Assembly: GCA_047967505.1 (NCBI GenBank)
Contig: CM106538.1
From: Dipteris shenzhenensis
Lineage: Eukaryota
Strand: one strand, 5' to 3'
DNA length: 64,000 bases
Under the pieces are notes generated by a model. That model searched no databases, was not told the DNA's origin, and was given only the letters and a program-made list of their open reading frames with translations. A program made the position numbers and the translations under genes. Below, in pieces: positions 1 to 12,339 of this stretch (its first letter is position 1; the number at the start of each line of letters is the position of its first letter).

Positions 1-125
1 GGTTTGTATATATTCTACATATTCAACTAAATCTAGCATACAGTTAGTCATTTGTGGTGTACTCTCTAGCTATGCCCTCTCTCCTCATCTCCACTCTTCT
101 CCTCTCCCCTCTTCATATTTTGTCA
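1..125 (+). mobile_element. Right end of an LTR (same family as the LTRs at 45225-45481 and 51822-52076) abutting satellite DNA
   Basis: The reverse complement of 1-125 closely matches TGACAAAATATGAAGAGGGGAGAGG...ATACAAACC at 45225 and 51822. It ends ...TGTCA at 125, and satellite sequence resumes with no PBS. Confidence 0.85.
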
Positions 126-3100
126 TAACACACCTCAAATACTATTTTTTGGTGGTTGTGCATAATACTTGTTGATGAAAAACTGGGTTTGTGCCGACTT
201 TGACCATCCAAAGCATATCTGATGGGCACGATACTTTGCAAGAACCTCAACATAGGTTGTATTGATGTGTGTGAAAAGTATCATGCCCATCAGGTATGAG
301 TGCCTTTGAATACACACCTCAGATACTATTCTTTGGCAATTGTGCATAACACTTGATGAAAAATGGGGTTTGTGGCGTGTTTGGCCATCCAAAGAATATC
401 CGATGGACATGATAATTTTCATGCGCCTCTAATTAGATTATATGAACACATGTGAAAATAATTATTCCCATCGAGTATGAGAGCATTCAAATAATACACC
501 TCAGATACTATTTTTTGGTAGTTGTGCATAACACTTGGTGAAAAATAGAGTGGTGGCATGTTTGATGATCCAAAGCATATCTGATGGGCATGATATTTTT
601 CATGTGCCTCAACATAGATTGTATTAATGTGTGTATAAAGTATTTGCATTTGAATGACACACCTCAGATACATTTTATGGCAGTTGTGCATAACACTTGG
701 TGAAACACGGAGTTTGTGGTGACTTCGACCATCCATAGGATATCTGATGGGCACGATAATTTGGAAACAGATCAACATAGGTAGGATTGACACATGGGAA
801 AAGTATCATGCCCATCATGTGTGTTCACATTTGAATAACACACATAGATCTTGTTTTTTGGTGGTTGTGCATGACACTTAGTGATGAAAAATAGGGTTTG
901 TGGCGAGTTTGACCATCTAAAGCATGTTCAATGATGATACTTTGCACATGACTCAACAAAAGTTAAATTGACATGAGTGCAAGGTTTTATCCTCATCTGG
1001 TATGTGCGCATTTAAATAACACACCTCAAATACTATTTTTTGGTAGTTGTGCATAATACTTGATGAAAAACTGGGTTTGTGCCGACTTTGACCATCCAAA
1101 GCATATCCGAAGGGCACAACACTTTACACACACCTCAACATAGGTTGTATTGACATGTGTGCAAAGTATCGTGCCCATTGGGTATGAGTTGAAATTTGAA
1201 TAACACATGTCAAATACTTTTTTTTTTTGTAGTTGTGCATTACACTTGGTGAAAAATGGGGTTTGTGGTGCATTTGACCATGCAAAGCATATCTAATGGA
1301 CATTATATTTTTCATGCACCTCTAATTAGGTTAGATTAAGATGTGTGCAAAGAATTGTGCCCATTTGTATGAGAGCATTTGAATAATAAACCTTAGATAC
1401 TAATTTTTGCTGGTTGTGCACAACACTTGGTGAAAAACTGAGTTTGTAGCACGTTTGACCATTGAAAGCATATCCGCGATGGTGGGCACAATATTTTGCA
1501 TATGCCTCAACATATATTGTATTGATCTGTGTTCCAAGTATAGTGCCCATAGGTATGAGTGCATTCGAATGACACACCTTAGATACTATTTTTTGGCGGT
1601 TGTGCATAACACTTGGTGAAAAACAGGGTTTGTGGCAACTTTGACCATCCAGAGCATATATGATGGGCACCATACTTTGCATACAGATCAACATAGGTTG
1701 TCTTGATGCATGTGAAAATTATCACGCCCATCGATTATGTGTGCATTTGAATAAAACACCTAAGAGCGTGTCTTTTGGCCGTCGTGCACTCGGGGGGGTC
1801 ACTATGTATAAACCCTCTATATCACGTGCATTCAAGGCCTATATTTAGAATCCCTTATCTGTAAAATATTTTGTTAATAAAATGTACCCCTTTTCTATAC
1901 AAATCCGTAAATTTTTCCCAAAACTATTTTAAATAGTGCCTTATGTATATTTATTTCTGTAAATTTTATAAATAAAAAATATCGTTCTATTGAAGTCACG
2001 TGATAGGGTTACATATGATGAGTGACCCCCCCGAGGTCGTGCATAACACTTGCTGAAAAATGAGGTTTGTGGCAAGTTTGACCATCCAAAGCATATTTGA
2101 TGGGCAAGATACGTTGCACAAGCCTCAAAATCTATTAGATTAAATTGTGTCAAGAGTATCATGCCAATCAAGTATGTGCTTGTTAGAATAAAACACCTCA
2201 AATACTCTTTTTTGGTGGCTGTGCATAACAATTGGTTATGCATTACACACCTCAAATACTGTTTTTTGGCAGTGGTGCATAACACTAAAACGGGTTTTGT
2301 GGTGACTTTGACCATCTAGATCATATACGATGGGCATGATACTTTGAACATGGCTCAAAATAGGTTGCATTGATGAACTTTCAAAGTATCATGCCCATCG
2401 GGTATGTGCGCGCTCGAATAACACACCTTAAAGCATGTTTTTGGCGGGTTGTGCATGACAATTAGTGAAAAATGGAGTTTGTGGCATGTTTCACCAACCA
2501 AAGCATATTCGGTGGGCACAATACTTTGCACAGATCTCCAAATAGGTTTGATTGACACGAATGAAAAGTATCATGTCCATCCAATATGTGCACGTTCGAA
2601 TAACATACCTCAAACTCTATTTTTTGGTGGTTGTCTATAACAAACACTTGATGAAAAATGCAGTTTGCGGGGCGAATTTCACCATCCAAAGCATATGAAA
2701 TGGGCATGATACTTTGCACACAACTCAAAATAGGTTGTATTGATTCACGTGCAAAGTATCGAGCCCATCTAGTATGAGCGCATTTGAATAACACACCTCA
2801 AATATTATTTTTTAACACTTGGAAAAATGAGGTTTGTGACGTGTTTGACCATCCAATGCATATCTCATGCACAAAATATTTTTCATGCACCTCAAAATAG
2901 ATTCTATTCACACTTGTTCAAATCATCTTACCCTTTGGGTAAGAGTGCATTCGAATAATACACCTCAGGTACTATTTCTTGGCGGTTGTGCATAACACTT
3001 GGTGAGAAACCATGTTTGTGGCATGTTTACTATCCAAAGCATATCCGATGGGCATGATATTTTGCACATGCCTCAACATAAGTTCTATTGATGTGTGTCA

Positions 3101-3875
3101 AAAGTCTCGTGACCATTTGATATGAGCACATTCGAATTGACACACCTTAGATACTATTTTTTTGTGGTTGTGCATAACTTGGTGAAAAATGGGGTTTGTG
3201 GTGACTTTGACCATTGATGGGCATTATACTTTGCAAAAAGCCCAAAATATGTTGTATTTATACACATGAAAAGTCTTGTGCCCATCACATATGTGCATGT
3301 TCAAATAACACACCTTAGAGCATGTTTTTGGGTGGTTGTGCATAACACGGTGAAAAATGGGGTTTATGGCAACTTTAACCATCCAAAGCATATCCGATGG
3401 TCATGATACTTTGCACAAGACTCAACATAGGTTGGATTCACATGACTGAAGAGTATCATGCCAATCGGGTATGTGCACATCCGAATAACACACCTTAAAT
3501 TCTATTTTTGACGGTTGTGCACAACACTTGATGGAAAATGGGTTTGTGGCAACTTTGACAATCCAAAGCATATACGATGGGTGCGATAACTTGTACATGC
3601 ATTAACATAGTTTGTATTCATGTGTGTAGAGAGTATCATGTCCATTGGTTATGTGAATGTTCGAATGACACACCTCAAATACTATTTTTTGACGGTTGTG
3701 CATGACACTCGGTGAAAAACAGGATTTGTGGGGACTTTGACCATTGAAATCATATCTGATGGACATGATAATTTGCATGTGCTTTAATCTAGAATTTAGT
3801 GATGCATGTGCAAAGGATCGTACCCATAAATTATGTGCACAATCAAATAACACACCTCAAATATTATTTTTTGGC
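126..3875. repeat. Tandem satellite, ~180-185-bp monomer, about 19-20 diverged copies
   Basis: The motif TAACACACCTCARATACTATTTTT...GTTGTGCATAACACTTG...TTTGACCATCCAAAGCATAT recurs near 126, 310, 491, 836, 1017, 1201, 1384 and 1570, with ~181-186-bp spacing. Confidence 0.93.
1789..2035. mobile_element. MITE (247 bp) with 15-bp TIRs and 8-bp TSD, inserted in the satellite
   Basis: TIRs are CTCGGGGGGGTCACT / AGTGACCCCCCCGAG. The TSD GTCGTGCA lies at 1781-1788 and 2036-2043, and the interior is AT-rich. Confidence 0.9.
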
Positions 3876-3879
3876 TTAA

Positions 3880-4050
3880 TTTTTAGGATATAGTGTATAC
3901 ATAGTATGGTTTAAGGTTTAGGGTATATGATTTAGGGTACAGGTTTTAGGGTTTAAGTTATAGGAAATAGGGTTTATGGCATAGGAATTTGGGTTTAGGC
4001 TATAGGGATTAAGCTATGAGGATTAGGGTTTAGGATTTAGGTATGGGGTA
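3880..4050 (+). repeat. Degenerate plant telomere-like (TTTAGGG) tract
   Basis: GGTTTAGGG, TTTAGGGT, GATTAGGGTTTAGGATTTAGG and related 7-mers occur in tandem. Confidence 0.75.
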
Positions 4051-4683
4051 GAGTTACAAATTATATCGATGCTACCATTTTTAAGGCTTCAATGGGTTTA
4101 AGTATAATTAAACTTCATTCATAGGTTTTTAATAAGCTAAAAACACTTATTTCATTAATTTTGGACTTGTCAATGTACAAATTCATTTTTACATATACTT
4201 TTGGACTAGTTTTCAGATAAAATTTAAGAAAAACCCAATCTTCAAAGCACATATAAAAACATAAAAACAAGCATTTTTTTATATATTTTTTAAGGACATG
4301 AAACTAAAATTATAAAATTTAACGCAATCTAGATAAGTTACATGAAAAAATAAGATTAGGTTGTTGTAAACTCTGTTAATATTTAATGGTGTTAATAAAC
4401 ACCTTCAAAAGTTAAGCCTGAGATAAGTTACACAAAAAAGAGTGGTCCATTAATTGTAAACTCACTTTATATTTATAATAGTGTTTAGGAAACACTTTCA
4501 AAAGTTACAAGTGGAAGTAGCAAACTCTCACAATATTTATAATTTAGGTGTTTAAAAACACCAAAAGTTACAATAAGACTCTCATTGGAAGGCAAATTAC
4601 ACCAAAAGTTACAATAAGACTCTCAGTGGAAGGCAAATTTATTTTCATGACTACAGCCATTCAATTTGATGAATTTTCTATTT

Positions 4684-5118
4684 TCAAGTCCTTAGCCTAA
4701 ATTCAACCCATTCAAGAGCTGAGCTCATCTCATCCTCATCGATGTAGTTAAAATTATAGAAGAGAAGTAAGGATTGATGAATTTTCTCTTGCATAACACT
4801 TTGTTTATTCCGAATGGCTTGCGCTTCCTCGGGGGAAAATCTTCCATAACGAGCCACACGCGAAGATATCTCACTTTGAAAGTCTATCAACTCTCTCCTA
4901 TATGACTGCAATTTATCTATTTCAGTAGTAGCCATACTTATTTTTCTTTCCTCTTCCTTCTCTAGGCCCTTCTGACAAGCAAAGTCATCCTTCTCGTACT
5001 GGGTTAATGGAGCTGGATTTTGCTTTCTCTCCTCTCTCTTTCCTTGGTTCTCGGCAATCCATTCTTTGAGGCTGCTAATGGCTTGCTCGACAGAATCGAT
5101 TACCTTAAAAAGATCCAT
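4684..5118 (-). CDS. Hypothetical ~144-aa charged helical protein (MDLFKVIDSVEQAISSLKEW...VEFRLRT)
   Basis: This is the non-repetitive, protein-like C-terminal part of ORF 4684-5631, with ATG at 5118 and minus-strand TATAAA motifs near 5700 and 5965. No family was recognised. Confidence 0.45.
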   Translation of the reverse strand: MDLFKVIDSVEQAISSLKEWIAENQGKREERKQNPAPLTQYEKDDFACQKGLEKEEERKISMATTEIDKLQSYRRELIDFQSEISSRVARYGRFSPEEAQAIRNKQSVMQEKIHQSLLLFYNFNYIDEDEMSSALEWVEFRLRT

Positions 5119-5119
5119 A

Positions 5120-6160
5120 ATGGCTGCAAGATGAAAGGAGTATGCTTGAGAAGAGGAGGTAAGGCTGCGGGCAAGATGGAAGGAGCAAGCTTGAGGAGAG
5201 GAGTAAGGTAAGAAGAGTAAAGTGGAAGAAGTGTGGAGAGGAGTAAGGTAAGAAGAGTAAAGTGGAAGAAGTTTTTGCTGCGGGTGAGATATAGAAGATG
5301 AACGAGGTGAGGAAGGTAACGAGAGTGAGGAAAGATATAAAAGACTAACGAGGTGAGGAAGGTAACGAGAGTGAGGAAGAGAGTGAGGAAAGATATAGAA
5401 GACGAACGAGGTGAGGAAGGTAACGAGAGTGAGGAAGGTAACTAGAGGAGATAAGGCAAGATGAAAGGAGTATGCTTGAGAAGAGGAGGCAAGGCTGCGG
5501 GCAAGATGGAAGGAGCAAGCTTGAGGAGAGGAAGGAGCAAGCTTGAGGAGAGGAGTAAGGTAAGAAGAGCAAAGTGGAAGAAGTGTCTGCTGCGGGTGAG
5601 ATATAGAAGATGAACGACTACTAGCGGGCAAGATGGAAGGAGCAAGCTTGAGGAGAGGAGCGGGTGAGATATAGAAGATGAACGACTACTAGGGAATTTA
5701 TAGAACTACAGATGCAAGACCGTAATGCGAGATGACTAGATGCAAGATCGTAATGCGAGACATTATAAAATAAAATGATGGGATGCAAGACCGTAATGGG
5801 AGACATTTGAGACATATTAGATAGTGATAGTACATTGAAATCTATAAAGTAAAATGATGGAACACAGGAATGATATAATTAATAGAATCTCATCATGAAG
5901 AGCAAAGTGCAAGAAGTGTCTGCTGCGGGTGAGATATAGAAGATGAACGACTACTAGGGAATTTATAGAACTACAGATGCAAGACCGTAATGCGAGATGA
6001 CTAGATGCAAGATTGTAATGCGAGACATTATAAAATAAAATGATGGGATGCAAGACCGTAATGGGAGTCATTTGAGACATATAAGATAGTGATAGTACAT
6101 TGAAATCTATAAAGTAAAATGATGGAACACAAGAATGATATAATTAATAGAATCTCATCA
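5120..6160. repeat. Mosaic of GA-rich direct repeats plus a ~260-bp tandem duplication
   Basis: Repeated modules include GAGGAAGGTAACGAGAGT, GGAGCAAGCTTGAGGAGAG and GCGGGTGAGATATAGAAGATGAACG. The segment ~5660-5895 is repeated at ~5925-6160. Confidence 0.85.
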
Positions 6161-6448
6161 TGAGATACTTGCTGTACATAATAAATGATAGATTTTGAGT
6201 ACATTGAAATCTATAAAATAAAGTGATGGAACATAAGAATGAATTAGACTTTCAAAAAAGTAAAACCTAATGTATTGTACATAATAAATTAGACTTTCAA
6301 AAAAGTAAAACCTAATGTATTGTAATGAAAAAATATCATAAAATATCCTAATGTATTGCAACATTTAACATAAGTTTTAAAAACACTATCATTAATCGAT
6401 ACAAACAAGATAAAAATCTTCAAGGACTCATGTTTCTTTCTACATGTT

Positions 6449-9400
6449 TTACAACTGAATAGAGTCTGATGAGTTCTCTTGAGGCTGTGATTCTCTAAGA
6501 GTACATTGAGTCTCTACTTGTGTGGATGGTGTACATTGAGATTCTACTTCTGGTGCAATCGGGATAGACTTAATCTCTTCCTCCTTTACAAGATGTGATG
6601 TTGTAGATGCACATTGAGTCTCCACTTCTTGTGTAGGAAGAATGCATTGAGTCTCTAATTCAAGTGGTTCTTCATTGAGTCCATCATGTTGTTTCCCAAT
6701 GATAGCAGTTAGATAGTGAACAGTCTTAGCCACAAAATCTTGTAGCTCGAGCTTGGTATATGCTTCTATGGAGACATGTTCAAAAATTTCATTGAGATAC
6801 AACATGAAGTTGTACGCAATTCTCCACCCACTACTAAACATGTCCTTTTGGTCCACTGCGAGGCGTGTCTGGAAATTTGGTTGGTCTTGATGCTCCCTGA
6901 TTTTCATAATCGCAGAAACTAACTTGTTTGCAGACCTGTCCATCATGACATATGACAAAGTGAATTTGTGTGTAGTAAATAGTAACTTGATGCATGTTCA
7001 TAATGATATGATAAAAGAACACTTACTTGAACACCCCGTGAAAGCCTGTAATTGAGTTGACAAACCAACAATGGTTGTCATCAAGGTCCCATACTATAAG
7101 GCTCCAATGTGAACTACATCACCAATAAAGAGCGATAAGATTTATCACAATATTAAGTATTAATTGACACAATATTGTAAATAAGAGAGTAAAAGAAAGA
7201 TTGACACCATACTTACTTCTCATAGTATGGCATAAAGACAAGTAGTATGCCATCCAAGTCTAAAGGTTGTAGAATTGAACAAACATCATCTACTGTCTTC
7301 TTGGTATCACTAAGTACAGCTGAAAGAAGAGAATCGAGCATACAGACGCGATTCTGTACTGATCTAGGAAAATGAGATATAACCGTACTGCAGCAATAAA
7401 TAAACAAATGTTAGAAGCAGATTGAATCAAATGATTGAAGTATCAAGTCAAGAGATGTTCATATCAAACTTGAGGATGGCCATCATGACTTTGTCATTAG
7501 CCTCTTTCAAAGGGTCGGAGAGGATTGTAACTTCCTCGCTACCAAAAGTCAAAACACGAGGTTGCTTGCTAATGATGACCTTAACCTCAGAAGAGCTCCC
7601 CATTTCGTCCAATACAGCGGTTACATCAGGACAACTTATGGGCGTAGCAACCAATGTTTCCTCTGGATGCTCCACCACGTTATCAATAAATGCCTTAATG
7701 ATAGATGACATAAATGCCTGCAGATGCAAGTCTGTATATGTGGACAATGAGGTTTCACCGCCTCTCAAATCAAAAATTTGAGCAAGGAGCAAGAAGCAGT
7801 TATATCCAACTCTCCACCCACAACTGTGGTCATCATTCTGCTTTGCTGCAGGGCATGTTACATACTCTATTTGATCTTCCAAGTCACCCTCCATTTGCAT
7901 AAGTGCATCTATAGCACTTACCAACTTTCGAGCAGATCTACACATCAAAATAGAAAACATAAATGAATGTGTGTATTGCATAGGATGCATCTCATTGACA
8001 TAATTATGACACAAGTAGGTTATACTTACTCTGACACACTGCCATGGATAGATGCTATTGAATTGACAAAGAAGCATTGCTTGGCTAAGATGTCCACAAT
8101 TACCAAGCTCCAATGCAAGCTGCATTATCAATTAAGAATAATTATTATTTGATATAATCCTCCACAATGTAAGAGATAAGCTAGGTAGGGATTGATACTC
8201 ACTCTTCGTGATATGCGGTAAAGATAACTCGCGCCGCAGTCAAATCAATAGGTTGCAACCACTTAAAAATGTCATCTATGGTCTTCTCCTTATTGCTAAG
8301 TACACTAGAAACAAGAGGATCGACCATATATGCACATCTTTGTATATATAGCGAAAGCTGTTGTAAAACCATACTGCAATAAAAAGAAAAGAATATTAGT
8401 TCATTTGATCCAATGGAAATACAAAAGCATAAAGTCAGTAAAAAGTTTGTGTCAAACCTGAGGATGGCTATTATAACCTTGTCATTGACCTCTTTCTTGA
8501 AGTTTATGAGGATTGAAATATCCTCTTCATCGAATATAAAAGTAAGAGGTTGTTCTCGAACTTGAAACCTAACTTGAAATGACTTCTCCATTTGCTGCAA
8601 TGTATGATTATTTTCTAGAGTCATCCGATGGATAGCCAGAGCAGCTTTGCTTTCTTGAGATGAGCTTTCATGATTCTCTGCTCCAACTATGTCCTCCTCA
8701 TCCTCCTCCTCTCCCTTCTCCTATAAAAGGATAAAATAATTATGAGATTCAAAATTTTAAATTAATTATAAATTTAAAAAGACCTTTAAATGAATAAAGA
8801 AAATTAAACATAAGTCTTCATACCTCTACATATCTTCGTGGTCTTTTTATGTAACCTTCAGAGGCAAGGTCAGTGTCATATCCATCTTCCTCTGCTTCCT
8901 TGCTATTGCTGGTATCCTCACTATTATATCCAGAGCTTTGATCATTTTCATCATCTTTCTTGCTCTCATCGTACATGATCTGCTCTATGTCATCCTCTTC
9001 ATGTGAGATTGGACCTTTCTTATCAAACTTTATTGTGAGAGAAGCCACGGTATCAAGGTATTCCAAGCAAGCAGGGCTCTCAATAATATTTACATTGTGT
9101 CCTTTTCTGATAAGAGCTTCGAACAGATGTCCCATTCGGCACAATGTGACTTCCCATCCAGGCGGTAGCAAAAATTCCATCATACTAATTAAAAGATCAG
9201 CACTTTTTGCTGGCCTTTCATAGTGATTTGCATTGCGATGGAGGGGACTTGGAGCTTCATGCTCTTCCAACAGTAGTTGCAATCTCTTTGCATTCCCTCT
9301 TATATTGTTTTGTAAGGAGTGATCATTATAAGGGCTCTTCATGCACAAGAAAAAGGTTTCCAGACTCTGTATCTTGAGACCGCATTCTCTCTTGTCCCTT

Positions 9401-12225
9401 TTTCTTGAGTATATCCCATTGTAAATCTTGAGCTCATTGCCATATTGTTTTTCTAGGGTAGCAGACATTTGTTCCTTGTCATCTTTATCAGCAAATATGA
9501 CTATATTACATTGTCCCACTCTACCAATGGTGGTATGTAATATTCTGTCAAGGAGTGGACGGATGTCATCCGCTGATATTTCATAGACAAAGAAAAGCTG
9601 AGGTCTCTCCCAAGCAGTGTCGTCGGACAAAAAATCACTCAATGAAACTCCCTTGCACTCAACACTCTTTCCAGACTCTGAAATGATTTCATGTATGAAA
9701 TAAAAGCCCTTGTTCAAAGTCTTTTCTTTTCTGAGAGTGTGGTTGTTGATGACTTTTTGTGCATATGCATACACATTTTCCGGAATGTCATTTCTCATAG
9801 AGGGAGTAATTTCAGATCCATCATCTTCTACTTTCACCCATTTATGCGCCCAAGCCTTCTGTTTAGCTGACGGTAAAGCTGATGCCATCTGCCTCACAAT
9901 GTTATGATCAATTTTACATTGGCTGATTGGAATATTTTTTTCTCCCAATAAATATTCAATTGCACTCTTTACTGCATCACGCTTCACCTGTTGGATGATG
10001 TTATCTTCCATGCAATGATCTTTATCCTTTTTGCCAAAAAACCATTCTTTTGACATTAATTTCTCTGCAGCAAGACTTGCGTATTTATCTGGTAGGTTTC
10101 TTAAAGGCCTCCACATCCGAGCTGTCATCTCTTTTTTCTCAATCTTCTTTGCCTTCTCTTTAATCAATGATGGAGCCTCATATGTAACATCTCCTTTCTC
10201 ACATGCAAGACACACGTCTTTGATCTGATGAAAAACTTAATCACTACGGAAAAGTATGCTTGTGTAGTCTTGATACCTATCCCTTACTGTCTTGAAGCTT
10301 GTAATCACCTCAGCTCTTTCCTGCTTTCCCCTTGGTACAATGGCACTCAAGCATGTGTAGAAGTCAACAAGATTATCCGCTTCCACTTTAGTTGCAGTTC
10401 TTTTGAGAGTGGTCAAAGGAGAATTAAAAGTTTTCCATATGGTCCTAGCTTTGAGCAACATCTCTGAAGTGGAGGTGATTTTTCGTAGTGCATAAATGTC
10501 ATGATTAAGTCTTTCCGACTCAATCAAATATTTCTTCTCGTTCTTGAAGATACAAATGCATGCAGAATAGTAGTGAAATTGAGGCACACTCGCGAAAGTT
10601 TGATAAGTAATTTCTCCTTTCTTGTATGCATCTCTAGAGCGCTCATTACAAGCATAGGCATAGTGCTGACCATCTATTGCCTCAAATGTACAATGAGCTA
10701 AGAAATTTCTCTTGGCATCCCTTATATGTCGTTCTGGATCATTCACTGAACTCTGTCCTTCTTGAAGTGAGGGAACTTGTTTTCCGAGGAACTTAGTGAA
10801 TTGCATCTCAAAATCTATAGGCTGAGAGAAATTGATGGATTGACTATAATCTCCCATGACTGGCCAAAATGTTCTTGGACGGAGTACCAAATTAGAAACA
10901 ACTGGTTTTTTTCCATCAATCAAAGCCTGAAAAATCTTTTCAGCATAGGCTGTATCTAAGGTCCTGCTGTTGGTGAAGACACTTGCTTTGACCACTGATG
11001 AAGCATGTATAACTTGAGTCTTCTGGCCCCATATATATCCTGGATCCTCATCTGTCACAGCCTCATTCAAGCGAAGATTTAGGTTCTTCATTGATAACAT
11101 TTCTGCTTCTAGATCTGACTCCATTTCAAGACCCTCCGCATCCTCTTCATGTTCTTCCTCTTCTCTTCTTTGCCCTTTCTTTGTATATGAACGACCTCTT
11201 TTTCCAGTTATAGGACTTGGAACTGTAGCTCGTGAAGTACTTGCCTTTTGCATTTGACGTCGAGGTTTATTTTTTAGGGGCTCAATGTGAACTGCTTTAG
11301 ATCGCCCTACTTCTTCTTCTATTGCCTCAACTTCAGGTATACTTAAGGGCTTCACTTGTTCTGTTATTCCATCAACTTCATGAGTTACACCATCTAAGTG
11401 AGTAATACCATGAACAAGAGATGTGTGTGCATGTCCTGTCTTATCTGATGCATGTCGTGTCTCACTCAATTCAATTTCTGTTTGAGATGCATGTGCATGT
11501 CCGGTCTCCACCAATTCAATTCCTGTCTCAGATGTAGATCCCTTGTAAGCATCCACGTGTACAAGACCCTCATCCATTGCTACAATGTGTTCTGTCTCAT
11601 CCACTCCACTTCCTCTCTCATTTGTATTACCATGAACCAAATCTACATGGCGTGTCTCATCACTTCCTTTCTCATGTGTGGATTCTTGCACCTTAGGTCC
11701 CTCCAATGAAGTTGAACCTTGTTGGATGACACCCTGAAAGTATTCAAGGATAATCTTTGACTGCATTTTTCTTGCTTCCTCAATGGGAAATTCCTCCCAC
11801 ACATGTTGAAGGATCTCCAATGCAGGAACCAATTCAGGAAATCTAGGTGCTTTTGGCGGCGGCATCACAAAGTGCATTGCATCTTTCTTAGAAAGAAGAA
11901 ACGATCTGTTGCTCATTCTTGACTTTGTGTAAATCATCATTGTAGTGCTGTCTTTTTCAATTTTTATTCCTACTAAGGTGCCCCCTTGAATCAAATTGCT
12001 CTTGGAGAAAGATACATTTGATGCGCACTCATCTTTCTCCAACTCTCTCTTTGTCATCACTAGAATGAGATTTCCTTTACTTAAGACCAAGAACCATGCT
12101 TTCTTTGTTGTGTCAACAACTGTCCAGTTTGTGAAGTCCTTTGGGGCATAAATTCTTCCATTGTATTTCAGTGTCATACCATTGACAAATGCTGTAGCCT
12201 CAAGATCCATCCTGTATTCAAGCAC
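6449..12225 (-). pseudogene. Large spliced gene with one in-frame stop: ParB/Srx-like + inactive N4/N6 DNA-MTase-like + two Ulp1 (peptidase C48)-like domains
   Basis: ORFs 10237-12225 and 8818-10215 share a frame and are separated by a single TAA. GT-AG introns at 8721-8823 and 8374-8457 preserve frame into the Ulp1-like exons. Motifs: FEAIDGQH, RPAKSADLL...PPGWEV...GHNVNIIE, LHWSLVIVD, QNDDHSCG, SHWSLIVWD, QKDMFSSG. Confidence 0.7.
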
Positions 12226-12339
12226 AACACAAATTTTAAGTACTTTGACAAACTACAATTACTTTGAAAAATCAAAAGTACAATGAGTCCCATTAATACA
12301 CCTCCAGTTTGTATTCTTCCCAATCATATAAGTATCAAT

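Noticed and set aside
135-3853. Many similar short ORFs; possible CRISPR-like periodicity
   Set aside because: These are translations of satellite monomers. Whole units repeat, with no unique spacers and no cas genes.
11830-12210. Possible BAH-like N-terminal domain (FVNGMTLKYNGRIYAPKDF)
   Set aside because: Only the first strands resemble BAH; too weak to call without a profile search.
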